From contig CM119267.1 of the NCBI GenBank assembly GCA_051294375.1, positions 25,931,293-25,995,292 of the forward strand: DNA of 64,000 bases, read 5' to 3'. The position numbers and the translations under genes are program-made. Below are positions 49,101 through 61,500 of this stretch, piece by piece (positions within the stretch are counted from its first letter, which is position 1; every line of letters begins with the position of its first letter). The stretch is from Paraspadella gotoi. Lineage: Eukaryota > Animalia > Chaetognatha. Below the pieces are notes generated by a model that did not search any database, was not told the origin of the DNA, and was given only the letters and a program-made list of their open reading frames with translations.

Positions 49101-52100
49101 CACCTCTGCCCTGGACCATCGTGTGTGAAGACGGGAGCAGGAATAGGCAACCCTAGAGTGCTCGGGCACAACGCGTACATCAGAGCCATAACACTTGCGC
49201 GGGTGTGTGATGCCTAGGGGGGGATGTGTAGCGGTAGTATTTCATACCCTGCTACTCGTCCGAGAATCAGCAGCACCTATGGCGGCCGAGCTAGCACGAG
49301 CTCCTCCCAACCCAAAGGACTCGGGTTCGCGCCCTGCTGATTCACACAAATAAAAGCGGGACGGGGCGTCTAACCCACCTGTAGTGTCGGACTACAGCCC
49401 GATCCGAAGTTCGGGACCTTGTGTGCAACGGACGGAAAACTGCTCGCGGCATCGTCTTCCACAATATATATATTGTGGGCTCACCAATGTAGAAGACGAT
49501 GCCGAGAGGAGTTCACCATCCGTTCTTTTTTATTTTTTTTATTTTCCCTTTTCTTGTGTGAATCAGTAGGGGACGAACCCAAATCCTTTGGGTTGGGAGG
49601 AGCTCGCGCTATCTCCGGTATTTGGACGAGTAAAGGGGCTGTTGAGCTTCTCTCTCTCTCTCTGCAGCGGCTGTCCAGCGGCTGTCAGGTCTCTCTCTCT
49701 CTTTTAATTATATGTCGCTCGCTCTCTTTTTTTCTTTGCCTCTGCTTACGATCCTCGCATTCAGAGAAAAAACTACTTTTTCCAGTATTGTTCAGTTACT
49801 ATTAACAAAATTAATTTAATTTGTACAGTAGCATCCGTATAGAATTTCTGAGATGGCAAGCTCTGTAACTCGAGTACAAATGAGAATTTTAAAGAGAGCT
49901 TTTGTCTTGATATCGAGTACACATGTGGCTACTCCCCCTTCGGGAAGCCATTGCTCTACGACCAATTTTGGGACATCAGAACTTATTGTAAAAAGATGCT
50001 TTAGCCAGATTTGAACCTGAAACCTTTCCGGCGCGCTAAGCACTTGGCCAAATGATTTTCAAAAAAATTTTGGACAAATTAAATTATATAAAGCTGTAGG
50101 TTCGCTTTTAATTTTTTTGGGGAAACAAAAAATTCAACGTTCGAAAGCAGAGATTTCGACATCCGAGTCCCAAGTTTCCCGATTCGTGACAGAACGTCGC
50201 AACGACGACGATTAATAGTTTAATACGAAGAAAGCAAATATCTGGCTTATTTTTAATGTTTGAAATTGAGGAAAAGTCAGTTGCCTCTTTAAGCCGCGAC
50301 GTTGAACATTTTCACCTTGCTTTTAAGGTGTTTTATTAAGTGTTTTTAACAATATTAATAAATAGGCTAATGATTGAGAGAATGAAAGAAAGAAATCGTT
50401 TCAAAAATGGAATAATCTAAGTTTTCGATTTGCATAAAAACAAGTTTGAGCAAACAATGTCGGATCTGCCTACAATAATTAAGCAGTAATAAGCTAATAT
50501 GATGATAATTCTTGGTAACGTTTTCTGACTTTCAATTTGTGATCTTAACCAATCATAACACGTTGTAACATAAACAAGTTTGAGCAAACAATGTCGGATC
50601 TGCCAACGATCATTATCGGTAATTAATTAATTAATAATTAATTAATTATTTAATAATTAATTCAAGTTAATTAATTAATTATTTTGATCCAAAATGTTTG
50701 TTTTGATTGATTAATTGACTGATTAATTAATTATTGATTCATTAATTGACCTATTGATTAATTAACTGATTAATTATTTGATTAATTAATACATCTTCTA
50801 TTTACATTTAATATAAAAAGCATAATCAATTAGTGAAACACGTTTTTTTTTTTTTTTCCATTTAAACTCATTTCCACTCAAACGATTACATCGAAACTTG
50901 ATTTCCTGTTCAATCACACACTTTTCTACCCACATACAAAATTTCAAGTCAATCTCCCCATCCACTCATGAGTAATTGGTGTTCAAATAGTGAAATTTTT
51001 TTTTCCAGATCAGAAAAGAAAAACCAAAATTTATATTGAGGTTTTAAAATTTTTTTTTATATAACGAGATGGCCGAGTGGTTAAAAACTAAGACTTCGAC
51101 GCAGAATGGAATGGTAGGATTCGAATCCCACTCAAGGTAAACTTTTACAATAAACTGCTATGTCCCAAAAGTGGTCGAAGAGCAATGGCTTACCGAAGGG
51201 GGAGTAGCCATATGAGTACTCGATAACAAGACAAAAAGTCTCTTTCAAATTATCATTTGTACGCGAGTTACAGAGCTTGCCGTCTCAGAAATTCTAGTCG
51301 GATTCTACTGTACCTTAATATAAATTAGGCCAAAATACAGATTGGTTAAAAACATCTCCAGCTATTTCTAATCATATAAGAGTAACATTTTAGGAAAAAA
51401 AATCGTGTACATTTTTGTCCATTTTCACTTTTGTCTTAAAATTTGAATGCCAAGGAAAGTTGAGAAAATTTTTTTATTTTGGAATTCCTTTCTTCCTTAT
51501 CTTCTTCACCCTTGAGTAAAATATTTTCCTTATATCATTCATAGTTCACTTATGAATTAATTTTAAAGTTGACAAGTCAAAAAGTCGCAGTTTTAGTTTT
51601 TATTATAATTTATTAAACAAAAATAGTTTAAATTGGCTTAAACTAACAGAAAATATAGTCCACAGAATAAGCTTTTAACCTACAAAATTATATTGATATA
51701 TATTGATAAAACAAAAAAAAACTGCATCCTTTTAACCCAATGGGAAGCGTCAGAACTTGTTTTTTCTGAGAATTGTCAATTAACTAAATTTGCATAGCAA
51801 CCAAAATTGAAATAAAATCCTCCGTTACCATTAATATCCTTTCTTATAATGCATATTCAAGATTTTCTTTGATATGGCTCAATGTAAACGTTGTGAGAGG
51901 GAAGAGGAAAGAGAAAACAAGAAAAGGAGAAGGAGAGAAAATGAAAGAGGCAAAAAAAAAGGCAAATGGGGGGGAAAATAGTGAGACAAATAAAATGTAG
52001 GAAATATGGGGAAAATTAGAAAGAAAAAGAGGGGAAAAGAAAGGGAAAGAGAGAAGGAGAGAAAAAAGGTGAGGAAAGTGCATGAGTGGCAGAAAAAGGT

Positions 52101-55100
52101 AGGGGCCGAAAAAATGGTAAGTGACAGAAAGTGAGAAGTAAGGGAGGAAAGAGGAAGAGGAAAATATAAAGAAAGAGAAGAAAAGAAGTGAAGAAAAAAA
52201 ATCAGGAAAGCGTATGAAGGGAAAAAAATTATATCAGATAATGTGGCGTCTTACCTAAAAACTTTTATCTAAGTAAATGATGTGAAGATTCTTATGAGGA
52301 ATTCGATCTTTAAAAATTATCTATAACATAAAAATTCTAACATACTTATATCTAAAATTATGCAGTTAATGAGATTAGTGACCTATTTATTAAATGAATG
52401 GATAATTTTTATATTGGTTGTACCATTTTCATTTCTAATAATGCGTCTCGTTGGCGGGAAAACTGTCCAGCTTCTTTCTCTCATTTGTATGGCCATTGTA
52501 CGCAAAATTGTATCAAATTTGGTTCAGTGATTTGGTCAGAACCGATTCTCGGTTCGAAAAAGCGAAAGAACATTTTCTATTAATATGAAGCCTTCTGAGG
52601 TGTTTAGTGTTGCTTCGTCTTGGTTTCTTTCGCTTAAATAAGCGAAATCCAAGTACAATGCAGGACTTGTTTCTCTTCCTCCGCTTTTAAAACTTTAGTT
52701 GCGCCGCGAGTACTCGCGGAGCAACTCAATAAATCACTTTTCGGTCGGTATGTCTGTCGGTCTGTCTCAAAAATGCATATTATTTGCCTATAGATATTTG
52801 CGCATTTGTAAAGACAGGAAAAAACCTCAAATCTAAATGACTGCTTGTGCCGCCTTTAGGAAATCCTAAAACTATAAGGAATAAAAGAGAATTTTGATGC
52901 AGTGCATGTCATAAGGTAGGACTAAGCTCTGACGAACAAAGCCAGAGGTTTTTTAATATATTCTTATACCGGCCAAGGTAGAATGATGGCAATATTGTTA
53001 ATATTAAGTTTCAAAAAATCCTACCATAAATATAGAAAATATTAACCAAAATCTTCGGAAAATCGACCCCTTCTTTGGAAGAATTTCGCCATAGAAGATT
53101 TTTCCCGAATCTGACTCCCGGTTCAAAACTCTTACAATTCCGATCGTTAGCTCCTCTTTTACTAGATACCTCACTCGAGAGCCAATATTAGTTAATTTTT
53201 TATATATTTTTTATATTATTATTTTTATATTTTTATTATTTTTATATTATTATTTTTATATTATATATTTTATATATATTTCCTACAATGGTTTCCGAGA
53301 TATAGTCATAAACGTCAGCCTTGAAAGGCAAAATTTATTAGAATAAAATTTTTGAGTTTCTTCTTAGATTTCTGACGCGCTAGTACAAACTATTTAAAAA
53401 AAAGAGAAAACGTTTTGCTGATTTCTTCCAGCATAATCCGTAAATGTGTAAGACGATGGGTACACCTGAAAGTGATTTGTCTCTAGAGGACGGAAAATTT
53501 ATCTTTAGGTTTTATTTTTAAATTTAGGTATTGTACCAATAGGATACATTGAGATACTCCCGCTTTGCCGAAATTTTTATTTAACAAAGATTTGTACTGC
53601 GTAGTTCAAATCCTTAGTTCTCTAACTGTAAAAAAAGTTTTTTTCTAGAATAACTTTGCAAAGAAAAGAGGTAGGAATGTGGGTGAGGTATTAAATTAAA
53701 GCCCTAATCATGGGACACCTTTCTAAAATGGTTTTATTAAATTTTATCCATAAATCTTTACACAGCATTTATTTAAATCGGAGTTAAAAGTATAACAGTT
53801 TTTTGAATTAAAAATTTTAATGAAGGCATGTGAAATTTTTTTTCTTCTTTCGTAATTTGAAAAAGGAAAGACTAAATTACATTTTGATTACCATTAAATT
53901 TTCTCTACTCTATAAATTTGCTTGTATTTTTTAAAAACAAGCAAAAATTTATGAAGTCGCTGGATAAAATGTTTTTTTAAATATGAAAAATGATAAATAC
54001 AAAAATGTTTTCAGCTTGATATAAACAGTCTGGACGTCTACCTTCTTGTCTGTGAAAAAAAAATTTCGCAGAATTGCCCATTGGAAAGGGTTCATTGACT
54101 GACTTAATGATCGAATTTTTTAGGTTTCTTTACTGCCCCCATTTCACAAGACATAAAAGGTCATGATTATCGTGTCAGTATGTCCAGATTATCTGTACCC
54201 TTTTTGCAACCTGCATTCTGAATTTTCTTTTTTTCCCTTTCAAATGTATTAAATAAAAAAAATTATTTAGAGAACGATCAGTGTAGAGGATGCCATTGGT
54301 AAGCCTTAGATATCCCACTTCCCGTTCGAATTTTTAAACGAGGTTTTTTTTCCATCTATTCGAGACATAACACTAACTAATAATTTTTTTTTTCATGAAA
54401 TTTGGTGTAATCAGAGAAACGTTTAGTGTGTCAAAAAATATGGAAAAAAAAGAGAAAAACGTTCTGACAAATTTAAAAATTTATGGAGGAATCTAACTTT
54501 TACTTTTACTTTAAATAAAAATTTCACCAAAATTCACTTTCCCATGATCGTATCATATCAAAATAACATGTAAAGAAAAATTTTGAGAGCCCTTCAGACA
54601 TATGGCTATCGGATTCCTGAATTCGAAGTTTATTGTAAAATTACAACATATGTTAAATGCGTTGACATTGTATTGAAGTTGAGAAATCCCTTTATTTTAT
54701 ATATAAAAATTGCGTCGAAAATATTTTCCCCGAGCGGACCAGTCGATTTGAATCTGATGGTTTGATGTCAAAGTGATGATTATTTGTCAAGAGAAAAAAA
54801 ATGCGAGCCCTTCAGATGCAACAGGATCGGAATCGAGTGTTTTTACATCTGTTTTTTACCTGAATTTTTCCCAGGGGCGTTGACATTATTTGGTAGTCAG
54901 ATTTTAACGAAAATCTCCATTGAAAAAGTCTTCCTCGATTTCTAAGAACGACGTAGACTCCTACATAAGGGCTAAAAAAGTTTTTTAGTCAGGTCATATC
55001 ATGTCATATCACATGATCAAAGGAAATACATGTGAAAATAGAGTCACTGCTGCGCAACACATTGGAATCACCGTTCTTGTTGTCATTCCCCACGAAGAAC

Positions 55101-55466
55101 AAAAGAAAAAAGGCGGCAAACGACGGCGCAGATTTTGGGGCCGAAGCCTTTTCCTCTCGATAGACTATTAGCCATTTTCTACTCGATCGTGGATCAACGG
55201 GTCCCGCCTTCGGCCAACATTCTGTCCCAAGTTTCCAGGTGGGCGAGAGTTGACCTTTTGCGTCGATGTCATTTTCGCAGTTTTTATAGATTTCCTCATC
55301 TCCTTGCAGCTTAGTCTCCTTAAAACTACTGGCTCATTCGGGCGTCCAGGCCGGTGATCGTCTCGATGCCCTTAAATACAAGTGTTGCGTGTCGCTTGAC
55401 TTCGTCCGCGGCGTCGCGAAGACTATTCACTTTGACATCGATCACTTTCTTTATGATCTCCTGTGA
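34167..55466 (+). CDS. ORC5: Origin recognition complex subunit 5
   Basis: Phase-consistent exons 34167-34314, 34602-34842, 34920-35037, 35116-35328, 47654-47779, 47855-48111, 55098-55238 and 55310-55466 (TGA). Motifs: Walker [93 protein letters not shown]. Confidence 0.97.
35950..36710 (-). mobile_element. Decayed AT-rich Penelope-like element (distinct family): RT C-terminal region + GIY-YIG
   Basis: Minus-strand [44 protein letters not shown] (36239-36301), [22 protein letters not shown]. Confidence 0.8.
37169..38043. mobile_element. Non-autonomous TIR element with TTAA target (Kolobok-like)
   Basis: TTAA-GGGGACCCAGTG ... CACTTGGTCCCC-TTAA. Confidence 0.65.
38530..39807. mobile_element. 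Non-autonomous TIR element with TTAA target-site duplication (Kolobok-like)
   Basis: TTAA-GGCCTGGGATCA ... TGATCCCAGGCC-TTAA. The host repeat is present uninterrupted (empty site) in inverted orientation near 53760-53800. Confidence 0.8.
40400..40540 (-). mobile_element. Penelope-type RT fragment
   Basis: Minus-strand [21 protein letters not shown] matches the PLE IQFT.E....L.FLD motif; it abuts the large palindrome. Confidence 0.6.
40540..42424. repeat. 1.9-kb foldback palindrome with telomere-type (CCCTAA/TTAGGG) minisatellites
   Basis: Left arm 40540-~41400 is the reverse complement of ~41417-42424 (the right arm has one extra ~120-bp unit); densest telomere-like runs at ~41215-41326 and ~41490-41598. 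Confidence 0.95.
43760..44822 (+). mobile_element. Complete HINE/DINE-1-like element with 18-bp satellite
   Basis: 5' hairpin, core, (AAAAAATGATGCGAGTTG)n at ~44236-44730, 3' subTIR + stem-loop; a second, truncated copy follows at 44850-45495. Confidence 0.82.
45497..45685. mobile_element. Small MITE (CAGAAGGCTTCATAT-type TIR)
   Basis: GGCTTCATATTATAAAATGAAGTACCCC ... GGGGTACCTCATTTTATAATATGAAGCCTTCTG. Related termini occur at ~48200 and ~52597. Confidence 0.7.
47010..47340. repeat. ~22-bp minisatellite (AATGAATGACTATCATCGCATC)n
   Basis: Degenerate tandem array visible directly. Confidence 0.85.
48804..49463 (+). mobile_element. TRIM (miniature non-autonomous LTR retrotransposon) with tRNA-derived sequence in the LTRs
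   Basis: LTRs 48804-49040 and 49227-49463 (237 bp each, TGT...ACA, about 11 mismatches by eye); PBS-like TGGTGAGCCC at 49042; PPT AGGGGGGGA at 49216-49224; ATAT on both flanks; non-coding 186-bp interior. An inverted LTR/PBS fragment follows at ~49474-49640. Confidence 0.88.
49820..50050 (-). mobile_element. tRNA-derived SINE-like repeat (family A)
   Basis: Inverted homolog of 51063-51315; decayed A box (TGGCCAAGTG) and B box (GGTTCAAATC). Confidence 0.7.
50439..51000 (-). mobile_element. HINE 3' ends (two in tandem) and core fragment
   Basis: AACAAGTTTGAGCAAACAATGTCGGATCTGCC at ~50439 and ~50573. Confidence 0.75.
51063..51315 (+). mobile_element. tRNA-derived SINE-like repeat (family A)
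   Basis: A box TGGCCGAGTGG, B box GATTCGAATCC, and a ~180-bp body shared with the inverted copy at 49820-50050; no complete cloverleaf. Confidence 0.75.
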
Positions 55467-55559
55467 ACCCATTTCACGGAACATCTCTTGATCCTTACTC
55501 TTGTTTCTTACTCTTCTTTATAGTTAATTTTTTTTGAGAGGTTAAAAATTAGAATCGTG

Positions 55560-58500
55560 ATGGGCGACCCCAGCCTTACCCGACCCAAGAATAAAATAAC
55601 ATTACAAAGAAACAATTTTCTTGAACTTTGTACAACGCAAAATGCGGAACGATCCGGAACTCAAGGGAAGGACGAGCGTATTGAAAGCGTGGGCGAAGAG
55701 GGCGACGAGGTAATCGTGGTAGGCGGCGCCCCCCCTGCTCCTTTTCCCCGAAATGCTAAGATTCGACGGGCGAGCGATCAAGGATCTAATATCCCTCAGC
55801 TTTTGGGATCTACTTCAGAAAGGCCCAGCTCCGCCCAATGTTTTGGCTCCGACTCCCTTTATCGTGCAACGCCGGGGGATGACGCCGCCCACTCCTTGAT
55901 TTCAGTAATGCCCGCTCAGAACTCCGTGGTTCCACGCCTTCCGTCCACCAATCGCGTCGTCGATATTAACGGTGGAGGCGCTCGATCGGAGGCTGAAGAA
56001 TCGCGGCCTTCAGGTCCGTTTATTTTAAGACAAGTGAGCACGATTGTCGAGGAAAGCTTTGCATCACATGTCTATAGCAATAAGAATAACCAGATTAATA
56101 ATAACTTAATTGAGGTAAATGGTAACTTCGTGGATTTGAGATACTGCCTCGACAAACGAAGGAGGGAGGCAGGGGCTGACCACCGCGACAGAAGCATTGG
56201 CTGCTGCCTCGGCGGCGGTGGCGGTGGCGGTGCCAGCGGCGCCAGCGGCGGAACCTGGATTAGAAAATCATGGTTCACGGAAACAAAACACCGATTGGTT
56301 GTGAAGGAAAAAGAGCAAGATACGAATGAGTCCAGGGAAGATGTTATCAAGGGAAAAAATGGGGAAAGGGAAAAAGAAAAGAAGATGAAAGAACAACAAA
56401 ATGAGCGAAAGGAAGAAATTAAGGAAGATTTTACAAAGAAAGCGGAATCGTCTAAAATCAAATCTGCCGTCGAACAAATCGATTTATTTCGAAAAGAGAA
56501 TCGAATAGAGGAAGAAGAAGGTGCGGCGACGGTCAAACCCCAAGGCGAACGAATCGTCGTCCAAGGTAATTTCCTTCCCTTTAATGTATTCCATTGATCA
56601 GTATAATAATCGAATATTATGGCAACAGCCGGGTTACCAATGATGCCCATTAGGATGGGGCATCTAACTGTTGGCTTTAGGGGCTACCGACCCTCAGTGA
56701 CGCCTTCAGTCACTGGCGCGGTTAGTCTAGGACGGTCTCGCTTTGGGAGGTCGTTAGGACTGCGGATGGAATGTAACGCTTGGGATGGTGCGTTCCCCCT
56801 CTGAGCCAATGGGATTGGCTGAATGAAGCTGGAGGTGAGTCGTTGTGAATATACCGCCACGATACACGAAATTCCTTGTGTTTTAGAAGACTTTTAATCT
56901 GTAGGGGCTTCATGTTTTTACTTTAGTCGTTACCCGTTCACGAATTATTATTATTTCCGCTTTGAGAAAAAAAGGCTGGAAAATAAATTGTCGGTGAACA
57001 TAATCACGATTATAAATGAATTCTAATTCTATTTGAATTTCTCAGTGGATCGGTCTGGCAAGGAAGGCGGCGGCGACTCTCGTCTCGTCCGCTGCGTCGA
57101 TCTTCACGACCGACGCCGCGTCGAGCATCTCCACGATCGAGAGGAGGAAGGATCGAGTAGGAGGAAATCCTCGTCGTCGCCCTCGTCGTCGGCGGAGAAG
57201 AAAAGAGAAAGAAAGAAGAAAAGAAATGGAAGGCGGGATGCAGAAGGAAAGGACGAAATGGAATCGGTGAACTGCCAGAATAAGTCGTCGAAGGCCACGC
57301 CGCAGACCTCGACTCGACTCGTCTCGCCGCGGGTCAATTTTCTCGATCAGATGGAGAAACGCGGGCGGTCGAAGCGACGATCAGAGTTTGGAGGCGCGAG
57401 ACGATCCCGTCGATCTTCTTCATTTTCTTCCTCCTCTTCGTCTTCTGAGGGGCGGCGTCGAAAATATCGCCGTCGCCGTCGCTCTTCGTCGCAGCCTGTT
57501 ACTTTCGTCGTAAAGAAATCAGAGAAACGGACCTCCCTCGTTGATCCATCCTATGATGACGACGACGACGAAGTCGGCAACAATAGAAATGCTATAACTA
57601 CCGTTATGCCGAGACCACCGAAGCCGCCGAGCCCTCCCACGCTTTATAAGAGCCGGTTTCAGGTATTTAATGTTATTATTATTTCTTTATATTGTTGCCT
57701 TCTCAGTAATAGTGCTTGCTCTGCCTTTCTAATTTACTTAATGTTTATTACCCTAACTAAATAAAAATAGAAACATAATTTATCTTTATTAATATAGTTA
57801 TTTATTAAATACAATTTTTAAAACTTAATTTATTGAACAATGCCTTCAGAGACATGGGATTCTAACACTGAATTCAAGCTTGATTTCCCCTATGAAAAAT
57901 GAACTATGTATGACTATGTTAGGATCAGCCAGTTTATAGATTATCTCTCAATCACCAATTAGGTATTAAGATTAGAGTTCCGATAACCGTTAATTTTTTA
58001 GGAAATTCGCTTAGCCGTTAAAACTAACATTTTTAACGGTTAACCGTTAAGATCGGTTAATTTTATAATTTAATTAAGATATAAAACAAACTCAGTCACG
58101 GTAGGGCAGAGAGGATGTGAAAGAAACAAAAAAAGTGCCATCTCTGAAACCTATAAATTCTTAAAGTATACCCATGAGACACTTAATGTGGTAGGTCAGT
58201 AAAATTCGATAAAGGCTGGTTTTTTTTTAAATGCTCATTAAAGTTTTTTAAATTTTTTTATAAAAATTTTTAAGTAGTTTAGTGAATATGCTTACAATTT
58301 AAATGTCTATATGTCTATCATTATCTACAAAGCATAAGCTTTAATTTGAAACCACTCCCAACTTTCTATTACTTTTCGCTATTGAAATATAAGTAAAAAT
58401 TAAATATTTTTTTTTTAAAAGATTAATCAACTAGTAGCATTGAACAGTTTATTTCTTAAAAATAAAAATACAAATATGTTCTTAAAATACAGTTCTACTT

Positions 58501-61500
58501 ATTAGGCTTCAAAATAATTTTTTTTTAATTAATAATAATTTTAATATAAAAAATTTTACAAATGAAAAAAATATTTTGAAAAATATTAATATATACTCTA
58601 ATTAAGTATTAAAAGTTAAAGCATTCTGTTTGTTAATATTTTTACACATTTGTCTATTAATAATATATATCAAATATTGAGTGAGTTATTATTATAATAT
58701 AATTTTATGAATAAAATTTTTTTTGATAAGTAATAAATTATATAATTACTTTTTTAAGCTGGATATGATTTTGAATTAAAGTGCTCAACTAATATTTATC
58801 TGTTATTTTATTTGAGATTAAGTTTTAATTAAATATTACATATTTTTCTTAAAAAAATAAAATTAATTATCTGTATTATTTATTTTTTATAATAAATTTA
58901 TATAAATTTTTAAAAAATTTGTTTTTAGGGCTTAAAAAGTAGAACTGCATTTTGAGAACCTATTTGTACTTTTATTTATAAGAAATAATCCGTTTGAAAG
59001 AACTGATTGATTATTAATTTTTTTTTTTAAATTATGATTTTTACTTATAATTCAATAACAAAAAATCGTAAAAAGTTGGGAGAGGTCTCAAATTAAAGCT
59101 TATGCTCTGTAGATAATGATAGATGTATAGACATTAAAATTGTAAGCATTTTCACTAAATATTTAAAAAATTTTATAACAAATTTTCAAAAACTTTAATG
59201 AGCATTTAAAAAAAAACCTGCCTTTATCGAATTTTACTGACCTACCACATTAAGTGTCTCATGGGTATACTTTAAGATTTTATAGTTTTCAGAGATGGCA
59301 CTTTTTTGTTTCTTTCACATCCCCTCTGCCCTACCGTGCAGTATTTAATAGTATTTTCTCTTTAACTCTGGCTCCTGAATGCACTGAAGAACACTCGAAA
59401 CAGAGTCAAAACATGTCTGTTTTTTATGTCAAATAAAATTGTTGTTGTAAATCTCATAATACAATGAAACGAAAGGATACCATCGAATTCTAGTATAATT
59501 TGTTTTCTCTTCTCTTTTTTGCTTTATATTTTTCTTTCTCTACTACTTTCTCATTATTTTTGTAGTTGTTAGTTTCTTGAACTCTTGTTTTCTGTTGTTA
59601 GTCTTTCATAAACCATGACCAAATGGTCATTGACCATAAATATAAATATGAATTTTAATTTATTGATAGACTGGTTGATTTATCGATTGATCAAAAGATT
59701 TATTGATTAATAAATATATTTTTCAGTTAATTAAAAAGTATATTGAGAGACAGTAATTATTGATAAGTGTTAATGACAGAACCGTTCAATATAAGCAGTC
59801 CCTGAGCTTCGGATCAGGCTGTAACACCATGTTACAGGCGGGTTAAGCGCCCCGTCCCTCTTAACTGCCAGACGACACCGGGCTAGAACCCCGGACCTTT
59901 GGGTTGGGAGGCGAATGACTTGCCTCCGGCACCAATGCGCGCTGATGAACGGTTGGTGGATTTTAGTCCACCATAATATCCATCATTATTGAAGGATAGT
60001 TTTAGTTAGCCTTCATGTATTTTTTAAGATTCGTTCTTTCTATTATCAATTTTTAAATTTTTTATAATAATTTTTTTTATTAGGTTTTTTATTAATTTTT
60101 TTCATTCATTTGGTTTTATTTCATTTGCTTCTTTGTTCATTTTAAAGAGGGAAAGAAAAAGGGAGTAAAAGTAAAATAACTGCTCATCAGTGGCCATTGG
60201 TGCCGGAGGCAAGTCATTCCCCTCCCAACCCAAAGGTCCGAGTTTCTAGCCCGGTAGCCGCCTAGCAGTTAAGAGGGATGGGCACTTAACCCGACTGTAA
60301 CACGATCCGAAGCTCAGTGACTGCTTATATTGAAGGGTTCTGTCATTAACATATAATAATAATTACTGTTTCTTCAAAGGATTATTTATTTTTAGCATAA
60401 TTGAATATATATTATTGAATGGAAGGGCGAAAAAAAAAGGTAAAATAAAAGGGAGAAAAAAGGAGAGAAAAGAAAGGGGGAAAGAAAAAGGGGAAGTGAG
60501 AAAAAAAAAAGATACAGGAGATAAATAAAGGGGAAGAAAGAATAAGAGAGAGATTAGGATAGAAAAAAAAGAAGAAAATAAGGAAAAAAGCAGGGAAAAA
60601 GTGGAGAAGAGAGAGAGGGCTAAAAATATGGTGAGAAGGGGAGAGGAGAATAAGAGAGGATAGGAAAAAAATATTTTTTTTTTAATTTAAAGATTTCATA
60701 CCAAAAAATGAAAAAAAATCACATTTGAAAATTAACCGAATTTAACGTTAAAATAAATATATTAACGGTTAAGTTGAAATTATTTTTAACCGTTAATAAC
60801 CGTTAACAGTTAACGGTTATCGGAACACTAATTAAGATTGATGAATTCAATCTGATTTAGTAATATTCTAAGAATCTATCGCTTACAGGATTTCCTGACG
60901 CCTCCATCCCAGACCCAAAGGTCGATCGACGTTTCCATTATGAATCGCCGCCTCTCAACGCCGTCTCCTTTGCCGAGGAGCCGGTGTCGGAACGGCGGAG
61001 GGGATTACTCACAATTCGATACGAGTATTTATTTGATTTTTTTTCTTCTCCGTTAGAACAATTTATTGGTTTTTATTTATCTTTATTTTCTTTTATGACC
61101 AGATCTCACGCGCGTCTCACTCGATGGTTCTTCGCCTCTTCCCACGTGGGCCGCACCCCCAGACCCCTTCACTGCCCTCATGTCCAGCGGTGGCGTGGAC
61201 GATTACTCTTCTCCGCCGCCTCCGCTGATCGACTCCCACTGTCACCTAGATTTTCTTTTTGAAAAACTTGGATTCGACGGTGACGTCTCCGCTTTTTTCC
61301 AGCGTTTCGCCGCCACGAAGCCTATCAATCTCCGCGGAGTCGTCGCCAATTTCTGTGACCCCAAGACTTCCAACGATATCGATTTTCGGAAGGTTAGGAA
61401 AGGGGGCGACTGATTGTCTCTTGTCGGAAGTATTTAAAATGATTTTTTGGAAGATTTATTGACTTTTTTCCCCCACAAGTGGATGGATCGTTTGGGCAGG

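Larger units (their letters stand above)
57973..60830. mobile_element. Non-autonomous hAT-type element with nested insertions
   Basis: TIRs TAG(A/T)GTTCCGATAACCGTTAA, subterminal TAACCGTTAA repeats, and a perfect 8-bp TSD ATTAAGAT (57965-57972, 60831-60838). Confidence 0.88.

Noticed and set aside
51063-51140. Functional tRNA gene
   Set aside because: A and B boxes are present but there are no proper acceptor or anticodon stems, and it is attached to a repeated body, so it is called a SINE.
56072-57337. Minus-strand ORFs opposite the TatD exons (and 5716-6036 opposite SLAIN)
   Set aside because: Shadow frames of GC-rich plus-strand exons; splice signals favour the + strand.
59942-59972. Hammerhead at CTGATGA followed by a hairpin
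   Set aside because: No GAAA or NUH in the required positions.
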